Positions 52,353-62,049 of a DNA stretch of 64,000 nucleotides are shown here, piece after piece. Under the pieces are notes generated by a model. That model made no database searches, was not told the origin of the DNA, and saw only the letters and a list, made by a program, of their open reading frames with translations. The DNA lies in assembly GCA_963712615.1 (NCBI GenBank), contig CAVQIO010000005.1:924-64923 (forward strand), in the 5' to 3' direction. This stretch comes from an uncultured Actinomycetota bacterium. Its GTDB lineage: Bacteria > Actinomycetota > Actinomycetes > Mycobacteriales > Mycobacteriaceae. Every line of letters begins with the position of its first letter. Position 1 is the stretch's first letter. The translations under genes were made by a program, and so were the position numbers.

Positions 52353-53714
52353 ATGGCTGACGTCGCTGTGTGCGTGGTGGGTGCCGGCTTCGCGGGTCTG
52401 ACTGCCGCGCTTCGACTCAAGCAGGCCGGCCATTCGGTGGCGTTGCTGGAGGCACGCGATCGCGTCGGTGGCCGGACCTTCACCGTGCCGCGCGACGACG
52501 GGTCGTGGATCGATCGCGGGGGCGCGTGGGTCGGGCCGACGCAGGACCGGATCCACGCGCTGATGGACGAGTTCGGCGTCAAGACCTTCAAGCAGTACCA
52601 CGACGGCGAGGCCATCATGGTCGTCGACGGCAAACAGCATCGCTACGGCGGCATGATCCCGTGGACCATGAGCCCGTGGGCCTCATTGAATCTGGGCGCG
52701 GCGATGCTCGAGCTGGGCCAGATGTGCAAGTCGATCCCGCTGGACGCGCCCTGGGAAGCCAAGAATGCCGCGAAGTGGGATCGCATGACGCTGGCTCAGT
52801 GGCTGGACAAGAACGTCGCATCCAAGGCGGCGCACGCCCTGCTGGATACGGCGATCTCCGGTTGTTACACGTCGGCTGCCTCCGAGGTGTCGATGCTGTT
52901 CATGCTTTATCAAATGGGATCCGCCGGTGGTCCGAGCTGGGTGCTCGGCGGCAAGGACGCCTCCCAAGACTCGCGCGTCGTCGGCGGCATGGGGGCGATC
53001 TACCAACCAATGGCCGCCGAGCTCGGCGACGCGATCCAGCTCTCGCAACCGGTCCGCTCCATCACGCAGGACGCCGAGGGAGTGACCGTTCGCTCCGAAA
53101 GCGACAGCATCCGGGCGCGACGGGTGATCGTCGCGGTTCCGTTGGCGATCGCCAGCCAAATCATTTACGAGCCAATGCTTCCCACCGATCGGTCACTCCT
53201 GCACCAGCGGATGCCGAGCGGCGCGATTGTTAAAATCTCGATCGTCTACGATGAGCCGTTCTGGCGGGCCGACGGTTTGTGCGGCCAGTCCGCCGCGCCG
53301 GGATCGCTCGCAACGGTCACCATCGACGCCTGCACCGACACCGGGACGCCGGGCATCCTGTGCGTCATCATCGAGGGCCCCATCGCCCGGCAATACGAGC
53401 GCCTCGAAGAGGGGGAACGCCGGCAGGCGGTACTCGATGCCCTCGTCGAGCGATTCGGCGCGAAGGCCGGCAAGCCGGTCGAATACCACGAACAGAACTG
53501 GACCCGCGAACCCTATTCCGGCGGTGGGATGCTCAGCCACGCGCCGCCCGGTGTGCTCACCGAGTTCGGCCATGCGCTGCGTGAACCGTGCGGCCGTATT
53601 CACTGGGCCGGCACCGAGACCTCGCCGAAGATGTGCGGCTGGATCGACGGCGCGATCAGCTCCGGTGAACGGGCCGCTCCCGAAGTGATGGCCGGCGGGG
53701 CCCTCCGCGAGTAG
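52353..53714 (+). CDS. Flavin-containing amine oxidase
   Basis: VCVVGAGFAGLTAALRL...LLEARDRVGGRT dinucleotide motif; C-terminal WAGTETS. Confidence 0.8.
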   Translation: MADVAVCVVGAGFAGLTAALRLKQAGHSVALLEARDRVGGRTFTVPRDDGSWIDRGGAWVGPTQDRIHALMDEFGVKTFKQYHDGEAIMVVDGKQHRYGGMIPWTMSPWASLNLGAAMLELGQMCKSIPLDAPWEAKNAAKWDRMTLAQWLDKNVASKAAHALLDTAISGCYTSAASEVSMLFMLYQMGSAGGPSWVLGGKDASQDSRVVGGMGAIYQPMAAELGDAIQLSQPVRSITQDAEGVTVRSESDSIRARRVIVAVPLAIASQIIYEPMLPTDRSLLHQRMPSGAIVKISIVYDEPFWRADGLCGQSAAPGSLATVTIDACTDTGTPGILCVIIEGPIARQYERLEEGERRQAVLDALVERFGAKAGKPVEYHEQNWTREPYSGGGMLSHAPPGVLTEFGHALREPCGRIHWAGTETSPKMCGWIDGAISSGERAAPEVMAGGALRE

Positions 53715-53724
53715 CGGCTATCCG

Positions 53725-54321
53725 GTGCGGCGACTGCGGCTTATCGTGAACACCGTGACCACTCCCACGTTTCCCCCTCTCGAGGTGCTGGCGGCGCGCC
53801 AGAAACTCGTGCTCGACCATTTCCATGACGAGGTCCGCCAAGACTGGGACGAGGTGTTGTCGACGTTCCCGCACCCGCACTATGAGCTGATCCCGCAGAT
53901 GGTCATCCACGACGGAAACACCGCGGTGCGTGGCTACTACGACTACACGCGCACCGCGTTCCCCGATCAGGACCACGAGATCATCGCGCTGCGGCACAGC
54001 GCCGACGCGGTGATCGCCGAGTTCTGGTTGATGGGCACGCATCGGGGCTATCTGGGCAAGGTTCCGCCCACCGGCAGCCGGTTCCGGGTCCGTATGACCG
54101 CCTACTTCGTTTTCGACGACGCGGAAACGCTTGTCTGCGAACGCATTTACTTCGACACGCTGACCATGATCAAACAGCTGCTGGGCGGGCTGAACCTGAA
54201 GAAGCCGTCGAACTGGCTGCTGGCCGCGCGCTGTGTGCGGGGGTTGCTGTCGATGGCGTCGGAAAAGCCGGACCCGACGCTGACCAACACCGCGCCGCCG
54301 GCGTTCACCGCAGCGGGCTAG
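53725..54321 (+). CDS. SnoaL-like / ester-cyclase-family protein (start uncertain)
   Basis: VLDHFHDEV...[12 protein letters not shown]...[19 protein letters not shown]...[14 protein letters not shown]. Confidence 0.6.
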   Translation: MRRLRLIVNTVTTPTFPPLEVLAARQKLVLDHFHDEVRQDWDEVLSTFPHPHYELIPQMVIHDGNTAVRGYYDYTRTAFPDQDHEIIALRHSADAVIAEFWLMGTHRGYLGKVPPTGSRFRVRMTAYFVFDDAETLVCERIYFDTLTMIKQLLGGLNLKKPSNWLLAARCVRGLLSMASEKPDPTLTNTAPPAFTAAG

Positions 54322-54331
54322 GGAGGCTGCC

Positions 54332-54784
54332 ATGCGGACGCGAAGCCTTCACGCGGTATGCGGGCTGACCGCCGTCGCACTGCTGGGCGCCTGCGCCACA
54401 GCCACAGCCACAGCCGCACCACTTGGCTCACACACCGAGAAGTGGATCAACCTTCAAGTCGGCGATTGCGTCGCTGACCTTCCACCGGCCGATCTCAGCC
54501 GGGTGACAGTAACCGTTACCGATTGCGCCACAGCGCATTTAGCCGAGGTCTACCTGCGCGCGCCGATGGCCGTGGACACCGCCATCTCCAACATCGCCAA
54601 TCGCGACTGCGCCGCCGGGCTTACTCCCTACACCGGCAAGCCGCTGGACAGCGGCGCGTTTTCGGTCACGTATCTCATCGACTCGAACCAGGATCGCACC
54701 GGCGCCGATCCGACCCCGAGCACCCTGATCTGCCTGCTGCAAGCCGCCAACGGTCAACCATTGACCGGATCCGCGCATCGCTGA
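54332..54784 (+). CDS. Putative lipoprotein
   Basis: Signal peptide with lipobox LLGAC; four further Cys in the mature part. Confidence 0.6.
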   Translation: MRTRSLHAVCGLTAVALLGACATATATAAPLGSHTEKWINLQVGDCVADLPPADLSRVTVTVTDCATAHLAEVYLRAPMAVDTAISNIANRDCAAGLTPYTGKPLDSGAFSVTYLIDSNQDRTGADPTPSTLICLLQAANGQPLTGSAHR

Positions 54785-54794
54785 CGCGGCACTC

Positions 54795-55520
54795 TTATGA
54801 CGGCCAGCGGGCGCCCAGTTGATCGGCAAGGTCCAGGAAGTCGGACGCGTTGATGTCGAACTCGTCAGAATAGGCGACGTCGGCGTCGCCGTCGGCCCCG
54901 AATTCCAGTGGGCGCGCGATGAAGGCCGTGCGAAAGCCGAGGGCGGCCGCCGCGCGGATGTCGTATTTGTGGCTTGCCACCATCATGATGTCGGCGGGAT
55001 CCAGACCCAGGTAAGTCGCGGCCATCCGATAGATCGCCGGGTCGGGCTTGAAAACCCCCGCCATTTCCGCGGCGAAGATCGCATCCCAGGGCAACCGGGC
55101 CCGCTTGGAGATGTTGATGACCGCGGACACGTCGGCGTTCGACAGCGTCGCCAACGTGAACTCGTCCTTCAGCCAGGACAGCCCGGGTGCCACATCCGGC
55201 CAGGGCTCGAGTCGTTGCCAGGCCAGGGTGAGTTCCTCGCGCTCGGCATCCGAAAAGTCCGTGATGCCCGATTCGCGCAGGACGGTTTCCAGTGCGTCGC
55301 GATACACCGAGTGCACCGAAACCCATCCGTCGTGGCCACTGCGCGCAGCCTCCAGCGCGGTGAAGTAACCCGCGCGCCAACGTCGGACCAGGTCGGGCCA
55401 ATCGACGCCCGGGTGGCGTCCGGCGCTGACCCGTTGCGCCTCGCCGCAGACGGTCGAATGGAAATCGGTCGCCGTGCCCTGCACGTCGAACAACAACGCC
55501 TTAACCACAAGCTCAATCAT
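54795..55520 (-). CDS. Haloacid dehalogenase type II / HAD-superfamily hydrolase
   Basis: N-terminal ALLFDVQGT nucleophile motif, LSNAD, FKPDP. Confidence 0.8.
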   Translation of the reverse strand: MIELVVKALLFDVQGTATDFHSTVCGEAQRVSAGRHPGVDWPDLVRRWRAGYFTALEAARSGHDGWVSVHSVYRDALETVLRESGITDFSDAEREELTLAWQRLEPWPDVAPGLSWLKDEFTLATLSNADVSAVINISKRARLPWDAIFAAEMAGVFKPDPAIYRMAATYLGLDPADIMMVASHKYDIRAAAALGFRTAFIARPLEFGADGDADVAYSDEFDINASDFLDLADQLGARWPS

Positions 55521-55615
55521 GCCGAAGGATCTGGGCCACGGCGCAGCGGTGCCACACCGTGAGTTAAAATCATGGCTATCTAAATCATTGTTCGCATACG
55601 CCTTGCGAGGTAATC

Positions 55616-56008
55616 GTGCCCGACAGCACCATCACGCCGACCGGCGAACGTCGCGCCGACAGCGCGCAAGAGAGCGAACCCGACTACCGCTTCACGATGG
55701 CCAACGAGCGGACCTTCCTGGCCTGGCAGCGCACCGCGCTGGGGTTGCTCGCTGCGGCGGTCGCCCTCGAACAGCTCGTTCCCGAGATGACGGTGCCCGG
55801 CGCCCGCCGACTGCTCGGTGTGGGTCTCGCGGTGCTGGCGATCCTCACCAGCGGGACGGGGCTGCTGCGCTGGCAACAAACCGACCACGCCATGCGCCGC
55901 GGCGACCCGTTGCCCCGTCACCCCTCACCGGCCTACCTCGCGGTCGGACTCGGCCTTTTCGGGCTGATCGCGCTCGGGTTGGTCATTCTCAAGGCGGTCT
56001 CGGGTTGA
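55616..56008 (+). CDS. DUF202 (YidH-like) membrane protein
   Basis: [17 protein letters not shown] motif and 3 TM segments. Confidence 0.7.
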   Translation: MPDSTITPTGERRADSAQESEPDYRFTMANERTFLAWQRTALGLLAAAVALEQLVPEMTVPGARRLLGVGLAVLAILTSGTGLLRWQQTDHAMRRGDPLPRHPSPAYLAVGLGLFGLIALGLVILKAVSG

Positions 56009-56337
56009 CCCAGGCGGCGGCCCGCGATCCGTCGGCGAGCACGTTGACGGCAGAACGCACGACGCTGGCCTGGACCCGGACGTCGTTCGCGTTCCTGGCC
56101 AACGGTGTGTTGTTGGCCATCAAAGAAATGCACGGCGCGAAGGGGCTGACGCCGCTGATCCCGGCGGTGCTGGCGCTGGCCGCGGCGTTGTGTACCTACC
56201 TGATCGCGTTTAAGCGGCAACGAACACTGCAGCAGCGGCCACTGCCGGCGCGAATCACTCCCCGTCGCCAGGTGTTCGTCGTCGGGATCGCCACCTTGCT
56301 GCTGATCGTCATGGCCACCCTCGCGCAGCTGATCTAG
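56004..56337 (+). CDS. DUF202-family membrane protein, second subunit (TTG start overlapping the upstream stop)
   Basis: [21 protein letters not shown] motif; TTGA overlap with the preceding gene. Confidence 0.6.
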
Positions 56338-56349
56338 TCGAAGCGGCTG

Positions 56350-57138
56350 CTAGCCGGGCGCTTTCGCATTCAGAAACGCGCCGATCCCCTGCGTGACCGC
56401 TGCGGCGTACTTCGCCTGGCCGTCCGGGCTTTCCATCCGCGCGGCCTCGTCCGCGTTTTTCATGTTGCCCAGCTCGACGAGGACCGCCGGGTACTGGGCC
56501 AGGTTCAGGCCGGCGAGGTCGTCGCGGCCGTAGAGGCCGTCCGAACCGAGGTAGGTGGACGGGTGAAATCCCGCCTGGACCAAGGCATCGCGGATCGTGT
56601 GCGCCAGTTGCACGGCCGGGCCGGCCTGGACGTCGTTCAGCGGCGGGCTCGAGTAGTTGACGTGAAATCCACTGCCGGCGGCAGCGCCACCGTCGGCGTG
56701 AATGCTCACGATCGCATCGGGGTGCATCGCATTGGCTTGCGCAGCACGCTGGTCGATGCACGGTCCGACAGAGTTGTCGTTGTCGCGAGACAGCGCGGTG
56801 GTCACGCCCATTTGTCGCAGCGATTCGTTGATGAGTCCGACGACGGCCCAATTGAACGCATGCTCCGGATAGCCGCTATTCGTGGCGGCGCCCGACGTTT
56901 GGCAGGGTTTCGTGCCGCCCCGACCATTCGGAACCTGCTGGTTTATCGACGCGTCGTTGACGGCGTTGTGGCCCGCGTCGAGGAAGACCGATGTGCCGGC
57001 GACGCCGGCAGATGCCCGCGCGACATCGAGCGTTGTCATGCCCAGCAGCACCGGCGCGACAGCGACACGTTTCAAGACTTCGCGTCTAGAAACAGATTTC
57101 GGCCGGCCGCACCCACCTGGCACCGGCGGATCGCTCAC
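56350..57138 (-). CDS. N-acetylmuramoyl-L-alanine amidase (Ami1/Rv3717-like) with Tat-type signal
   Basis: SRREVLK twin-arginine motif and the amidase_3 pattern FLDAGHN...SIHADGG...VLVELGNMKN. Confidence 0.8.
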   Translation of the reverse strand: MSDPPVPGGCGRPKSVSRREVLKRVAVAPVLLGMTTLDVARASAGVAGTSVFLDAGHNAVNDASINQQVPNGRGGTKPCQTSGAATNSGYPEHAFNWAVVGLINESLRQMGVTTALSRDNDNSVGPCIDQRAAQANAMHPDAIVSIHADGGAAAGSGFHVNYSSPPLNDVQAGPAVQLAHTIRDALVQAGFHPSTYLGSDGLYGRDDLAGLNLAQYPAVLVELGNMKNADEAARMESPDGQAKYAAAVTQGIGAFLNAKAPG

Positions 57139-57349
57139 CGCGCGATGGTAACAATCACCCTGCTACCCTGAGCATCAAGCCGATTGATTTGCAATGGCAC
57201 GACGTCGGGACCGGCCAGCAAACAATCGGTATTTGACCGGGGAAACGGGCCAAATAAGATCACTTCTGATCGTCTGCGTGTCGGATTTTGTGGTCTGCGG
57301 CAGCGGTGGTGAACTGGTCTAGGAACTCATAGGTTTGGGATGGGCTTCA

Positions 57350-58102
57350 ATGGGCATTAATTTCGACATGATCACCGGTCACGTCATTCGTTTAGTTGGT
57401 CCTGCGGCAGTAGCCGCGTTGGGCCTTGGTAGTTCTCTCCTTGTCGCGCCGACGGCGTCGGCCGAGCCGTGCCCGGACGCTCAAGTGGTGTTCGCCCGCG
57501 GCACTGGTGAGGACCCGGGGCCCGGCCCAACCGGACAGGCATTCATCGACAACCTGCGCGGGCGTGAGGCTGGAAAGTCCGTCGACGTCTACGCCGTCAA
57601 CTACCCGGCCAGCGATGAGTGGTCCACCGGGCTTGACGGCATCCGCGACGCGAGTAATCACGTCATCTCGATGGCCGGCAGCTGCCCCAAGACCAAGATG
57701 GTGCTGGGCGGTTTCTCCCAGGGCGCGGCCGTGATGGGCTTCGTCACCTCGGCCGCGGTACCCGATGGCGTCGACCCCAACACCGTGCCCAAACCACTGG
57801 CACCCGAGATCGCCGATCACGTCGCCGCGGTGGTGCTGTTCGGCATGCCCAACGTGCGGGCGATGAACTTCCTGGGCCAGCCGCCGGTCGTGATCGGACC
57901 GACCTACGTAACCAAGACCGTCAAGGTCTGTGCCACCGACGACCCCGTGTGTTCGGACGGCATGAACTTCTCCGCCCACAACACCTACCCCGAAAACGGC
58001 GACTGGATCGACAAAGGCGCGTCCTTTGCCGCCAACCGCCTGAACGGGGGCCCCATCCCCCCGCCGCCGCCACCACCCGCCCCCAGCGGCTTCGGCAACT
58101 AA
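57350..58102 (+). CDS. Cutinase-family secreted esterase with Pro-rich C-terminus
   Basis: CPDAQVVFARGTGE...GGFSQGAAV (GxSxG)...VCATDDPVC...; tail PPPPPPPAPSGFGN. Confidence 0.85.
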   Translation: MGINFDMITGHVIRLVGPAAVAALGLGSSLLVAPTASAEPCPDAQVVFARGTGEDPGPGPTGQAFIDNLRGREAGKSVDVYAVNYPASDEWSTGLDGIRDASNHVISMAGSCPKTKMVLGGFSQGAAVMGFVTSAAVPDGVDPNTVPKPLAPEIADHVAAVVLFGMPNVRAMNFLGQPPVVIGPTYVTKTVKVCATDDPVCSDGMNFSAHNTYPENGDWIDKGASFAANRLNGGPIPPPPPPPAPSGFGN

Positions 58103-58144
58103 GCCTGAGGTCCTGATCAAGCCGGTCTAACCCGCGCTGACATC

Positions 58145-58190
58145 GGCGGGCCGCGGCGAAGAACTCCACTTCGCTGCGGCCCGCCGTTTT
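58145..58190 (+). terminator. Intrinsic-terminator-like hairpin downstream of the cutinase gene
   Basis: ggcgggccgcggcgaag / cttcgctgcggcccgcc form a 17-bp stem with 1 mismatch and the loop aactcca, followed by gtttt. Confidence 0.7.
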
Positions 58191-58255
58191 ACTGCCCGCA
58201 TTCACCGGCTTCGGCAACTAGTCGACCATACTAAAAAGTATGTTGCGGTGACCGG

Positions 58256-59425
58256 ATGTCCGCGGTTGAGACCCGCTCGCTGCACGGAATCACCGACGAA
58301 TTCGTCGCGCGGCTGGGCGAGCGCGCCGAGGAGGCCGAGCGGCTGCGCCGGCTGCCCGCGGCGACGGTCGACGAGTTCAGGCAGACGGACCTGTTCCGGC
58401 TGTTGCTCCCGGCCCGGTTCGGCGGTATCCAAGCATCGTTTCCCGAACTGCTGGAACCGATTCGGCGGATGGCGCTTGGCTGCGCGTCGAGCGCGTGGAC
58501 GCTCGGGTTTTATGCACTGCACAACTGGATGCTGTCGTTGTTCGATCCGCGGCTTCAGGAGGAAGTCTTCGCCTCGGGCCCGGTGCTGGCGCCGGCTCCG
58601 CTGGCTCCGACCGGACGTGGCAGTGCAGCCGACGGCGGGGTGCGTCTGACCGGCAGGTGGTCGTGGGCGACGGGCGCACTGGATGCCGATTGGGTGATCG
58701 TGGGCGCGCTGATCGAGCGAGAAGATGGCATCGTGCCGGCGCTCGTGGTGGTGCCGGCCGACCGGGTCGAGGTCGACGATGTGTGGCACACCGCGGGCAT
58801 GCGGGGAACCGGTTCCCACGACGTCGTCGTCACCGATGTCTTCGTGCCCGAGCACCGCATCGCCAGCGTGGCCGACATCTACGGCGGCACCGCACCCGGA
58901 GCGGCTGCCCACGGGGTGTCCACCTACCGGTGGCCGCTGGTGCCCGCGCTGGCGCTGACGGCGTCGATGCCGGTGCTCGGCGCCGCCGAACGGGTGACCG
59001 AGCTCTTCGCGGAACGGCTCGGCGGCCGGGTCCTGGCGTATAGCGGTGTAGCGCAGAAGGATCAGCCCGCCGCGCAGATCCGGCTCGGTGATGCGACGGT
59101 GCGGTTGCGCGCGCTGCGTGCGCTGATCGCCGAGACCGCCGAGGGGATCGACGAACTCGTCGTCAGCGGTGAACGCGTGCGGCGATCGGTGCGGGCCGAC
59201 GCGCGGCTGGTGGCCGCCTACACGGTGCACGAGTGCCGGGCGATCATCGCCGATCTGATGGAGGCCGCCGGTGCCAGCGCACACTTCTTGTCGAGCCCGT
59301 TGCAGCGCGCCAAGCGCGATGTGGACATCGCCGCGGGCCATGTGGTGTTCGATTACGACGTAAGCCGGGAGTTGGCCGGGGCGTTGGCGATTGGAGCAAA
59401 GATCTCGCCGATCGCGATGGTGTGA
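58256..59425 (+). CDS. Acyl-CoA-dehydrogenase-fold flavin-dependent monooxygenase (HsaA/aromatic hydroxylase oxygenase component-like)
   Basis: 389 aa; WSWATG...WHTAGMRGTGSHDVVV...RAKRD pattern of group D two-component monooxygenases. No reductase partner is visible. Confidence 0.65.
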   Translation: MSAVETRSLHGITDEFVARLGERAEEAERLRRLPAATVDEFRQTDLFRLLLPARFGGIQASFPELLEPIRRMALGCASSAWTLGFYALHNWMLSLFDPRLQEEVFASGPVLAPAPLAPTGRGSAADGGVRLTGRWSWATGALDADWVIVGALIEREDGIVPALVVVPADRVEVDDVWHTAGMRGTGSHDVVVTDVFVPEHRIASVADIYGGTAPGAAAHGVSTYRWPLVPALALTASMPVLGAAERVTELFAERLGGRVLAYSGVAQKDQPAAQIRLGDATVRLRALRALIAETAEGIDELVVSGERVRRSVRADARLVAAYTVHECRAIIADLMEAAGASAHFLSSPLQRAKRDVDIAAGHVVFDYDVSRELAGALAIGAKISPIAMV

Positions 59426-59430
59426 TCGCG

Positions 59431-60000
59431 CTACTTCGGATCACCCAGCATCAGGTCCAGAAAGCGCTCGTGTTGAGCCGCCTGCTGCGCCTGGCCCGCC
59501 GAGCCGGTGAGATGCAATAGTCCGATTCCGGCCGCGAAGGTCAGCTCCGCACGCAGCTTGGCGTCGTCGGGACTGAAACCGCAGTCACGGTAGGCCTTGG
59601 CGACGGAGCGAAGTAGGCGTCGGTCCGCGTCGCGGATATTGGCGGCGGCAGCCTCGTCGGTGCGGGCCCACTCCCGCATCGCGCGTTCGAGGATCCAGTG
59701 TTGCGGCCCGACCAAGGAAATCATCATGGCGGACAGCCGTTCCCGGGGCGGCAGGGTGTCGATCTCGGCCAAGGATTGCCGATCCTGATCCCGGAACGCA
59801 TTCCACGATTCGACCAGCGCGGCACGGTAGCCGTCCATGTCCTCGAAGTGCCAGTAGAAGCTCCCGCGGGTGGCGCCGACCTGCTGGCACAGCCGCTCGA
59901 TCTTGAGTGCGCGGGCCCCCTCCTCGGCGAGCAGGGTGTACCCGGCCTGCAACCAGTCGTCAGCGGTCAGACGCGTCGAGGGGGGCTTCCGCGAGGCCAC
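59431..60000 (-). CDS. TetR-family transcriptional regulator
   Basis: HTH ALKIERLCQQVGATRGSFYWHFEDMD. Confidence 0.85.
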   Translation of the reverse strand: MASRKPPSTRLTADDWLQAGYTLLAEEGARALKIERLCQQVGATRGSFYWHFEDMDGYRAALVESWNAFRDQDRQSLAEIDTLPPRERLSAMMISLVGPQHWILERAMREWARTDEAAAANIRDADRRLLRSVAKAYRDCGFSPDDAKLRAELTFAAGIGLLHLTGSAGQAQQAAQHERFLDLMLGDPK

Positions 60001-60016
60001 GTCGTAACGTTACGAC
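60001..60016. promoter_or_regulatory. Perfect 16-bp palindrome abutting the TetR start codon (probable operator)
   Basis: gtcgtaacgttacgac is identical to its own reverse complement. Confidence 0.7.
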
Positions 60017-60049
60017 TAATCGGCACCGCGTCGTTAGACCTGTGTGAAA

Positions 60050-60605
60050 TTAACTCCGAGTGTCGCTAGGGATCGTTGGTAGCCGCGCGGTTTCGTCGAG
60101 GTCGACGTCGAGCGCATTGAGCATCAGCGCCAGACCGGCGTAGCGGCCGATGACCATCAGTACTTCCACGGTGGCCTCCGGACCCAAGTCCGCGCGCACC
60201 TGGTCGAAGAGCGGGGCCGCGACCCCGCGTGTGTTCAGCAGCTCGGTGGCCAGTTGCAGGACTGCGAGTTCGGTCGCATCGAAATAGCCGGTTTGCCAAT
60301 CGGACTCGGTGGTCACGGCGGTGATCTCGTCGGCGCTGACACCGGCCGTGCGGGCGACGTCGCGGTGCTGGCCGAGCTCGTAGCTGCAGTTCCATCAGGT
60401 AGGCGGTGCGCAGGGTCACCAGTTCGCGCAGCCGCCGCGACAGCACCGGACTGGTCAGGGCGTCGCGGCCGGCCAGCATCCAGCCGGTGAAGGCGTTCTC
60501 GGCGTTGGCCAGCGTGCGGTAGACGTTAAGATTGCCGCGCTCCGCGGTCAATTCGCGGGCCTGCTCGGTCATGTCTTCGGGCAGGCGGTACGGAATTCGC
60601 GTCAT
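60050..60605 (-). pseudogene. Carboxymuconolactone decarboxylase (CMD/AhpD-like) family gene with a 1-nt insertion frameshift
   Basis: The N-terminal ORF (..LRTAYLM) and C-terminal ORF (TTESDWQTGYFDATELAVL..) rejoin as LMNCSYELGQHR if one c at 60391-60392 is removed. Confidence 0.75.
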
Positions 60606-60617
60606 CGGGTTTCTCCT

Positions 60618-61154
60618 CTAGTCCTGGAACCGCGCCGCGGTGTCGATGTCCAGATCGGCCGCGTTGAGCACCAGCGCCAGCCCGTAATAACAACTGACGA
60701 TCATCAACAACTCGGTGAGCGCCGCGTCGCCGAAGACGGCCCGGGCGTTGGCGAAGGACTCGACGCGCAGGTGGTGGGTCGTGCACACCTCGGTGATGAC
60801 GTCGAGTGTGGTGGTTTCGTCTGCGCTGAAGCCGGCTCCGTCGAGATCACCGGCGGCCAGCGCGTCGAGCTGTTGCTCGGTGAGCCCGGCGGCGCGGCCC
60901 AGCGGCAGATGCTGGGCAAGCTCGTACGGTGAGCCCTGCAGGTGGGCCACCCGCAGCACGATCACTTCCCGCATGCGTGCACTGAACGTCGAGCTGGCGT
61001 ACAGCTCGTCGACCATGTGCGACCAGCCGGGAAACACGTTGGGCGCGTTGGCCAGTAGCCCGAAGACATTGAGGTTGCCGCGACGGTCGGCCCACTCACG
61101 AGAATCGGGCTGCTGTGCAAGGTCGGCGAGCGCGATTCTGGTCATGGTCTGCAT
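60618..61154 (-). CDS. Carboxymuconolactone decarboxylase (CMD/AhpD-like) family protein
   Basis: 178 aa; RGNLNVFGLLANAPNVFPGW...VLRVAHLQGSPYELAQH. Paralogue of the adjacent pseudogene. Confidence 0.8.
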   Translation of the reverse strand: MQTMTRIALADLAQQPDSREWADRRGNLNVFGLLANAPNVFPGWSHMVDELYASSTFSARMREVIVLRVAHLQGSPYELAQHLPLGRAAGLTEQQLDALAAGDLDGAGFSADETTTLDVITEVCTTHHLRVESFANARAVFGDAALTELLMIVSCYYGLALVLNAADLDIDTAARFQD

Positions 61155-61158
61155 CCTT

Positions 61159-62028
61159 TCATTCGCCGACGAGCGTGAACGTCCAGTCCAGCGTGACGAA
61201 GGGTTCGTCGACGGTGGTTCCGTTCGGCGCGGTGCCCGTCTCGTGGCGCCCGAAGTCGGCCTGCAGCGAGGTCTGGTCGGCGAACACCGCGTCGCGCCCG
61301 ATGTAGGGATCGTCTTTGAGGAACAGCTGGGTGATCAGTGAGTGGTAGCCGTCGGCGTGGAACCAGAAGTGCACGTGTTGTGGTCGCATGACGGATCGAT
61401 TTGCCCCGCGCATGATCTCCCCGCAGGGGCCGTCGGTGGGCACCGGGTAATAGCGAGGGGTGATCGAGCGGTACCAGAACTCGCCTTTGTCATTGGTCGT
61501 CAGCAGGGCGCGCATGGCGAACTCGTTGTGTAGCTGCTCGGTCTGCTGAACGTCGTAGAACCCTTCACCGTCGCTGTGCCAGGTGTCGACGTGGGCGCCG
61601 GCGATCGGTTCGCCCTGCTCGTTGACGACACGGCCGGTGACGAACATCGGTGTGCCCGCAACGCCATTGGAGATGTCGTCTCCGTTGTTCGCCGTCGGGC
61701 GGCCTTCGACGTAGAACGGGCCGAGTAGGGCCGAGTCGGTGGCGGATCCCCCGGGGTTCTCGTTCATCGTGTCCAGCAGCATGGACAGACCGAGGATGTC
61801 GGAGGCCAGCACCACCTCTTGGCGCGTGGGGCTGGAGATTTTGCCGAGCCGTTCGAGGAAGTCCATCGCGGTGAACCACTCGTCTCCGGTCAGCCGCACC
61901 TCGCGGGCGAAGTCGTGCATGTGCTGCACCAGGCTGACCATCAATTGCTTGAAACGCTCGTCACTGGATGTGTCGAAAGTCCGTTGCACGGCCTCGGTAA
62001 TGGTTTGTTCGGTCAGATTGGTTGACAT
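61159..62028 (-). CDS. Intradiol ring-cleavage dioxygenase (hydroxyquinol/catechol 1,2-dioxygenase)
   Basis: 289 aa; LGPFYVEG...GRVVNEQGEPIAGAHVDTWHSDGEGFYD...RPQHVHF iron-ligand pattern. Confidence 0.85.
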   Translation of the reverse strand: MSTNLTEQTITEAVQRTFDTSSDERFKQLMVSLVQHMHDFAREVRLTGDEWFTAMDFLERLGKISSPTRQEVVLASDILGLSMLLDTMNENPGGSATDSALLGPFYVEGRPTANNGDDISNGVAGTPMFVTGRVVNEQGEPIAGAHVDTWHSDGEGFYDVQQTEQLHNEFAMRALLTTNDKGEFWYRSITPRYYPVPTDGPCGEIMRGANRSVMRPQHVHFWFHADGYHSLITQLFLKDDPYIGRDAVFADQTSLQADFGRHETGTAPNGTTVDEPFVTLDWTFTLVGE

Positions 62029-62049
62029 GTCTGTGCCTTTCTTGAGGAT

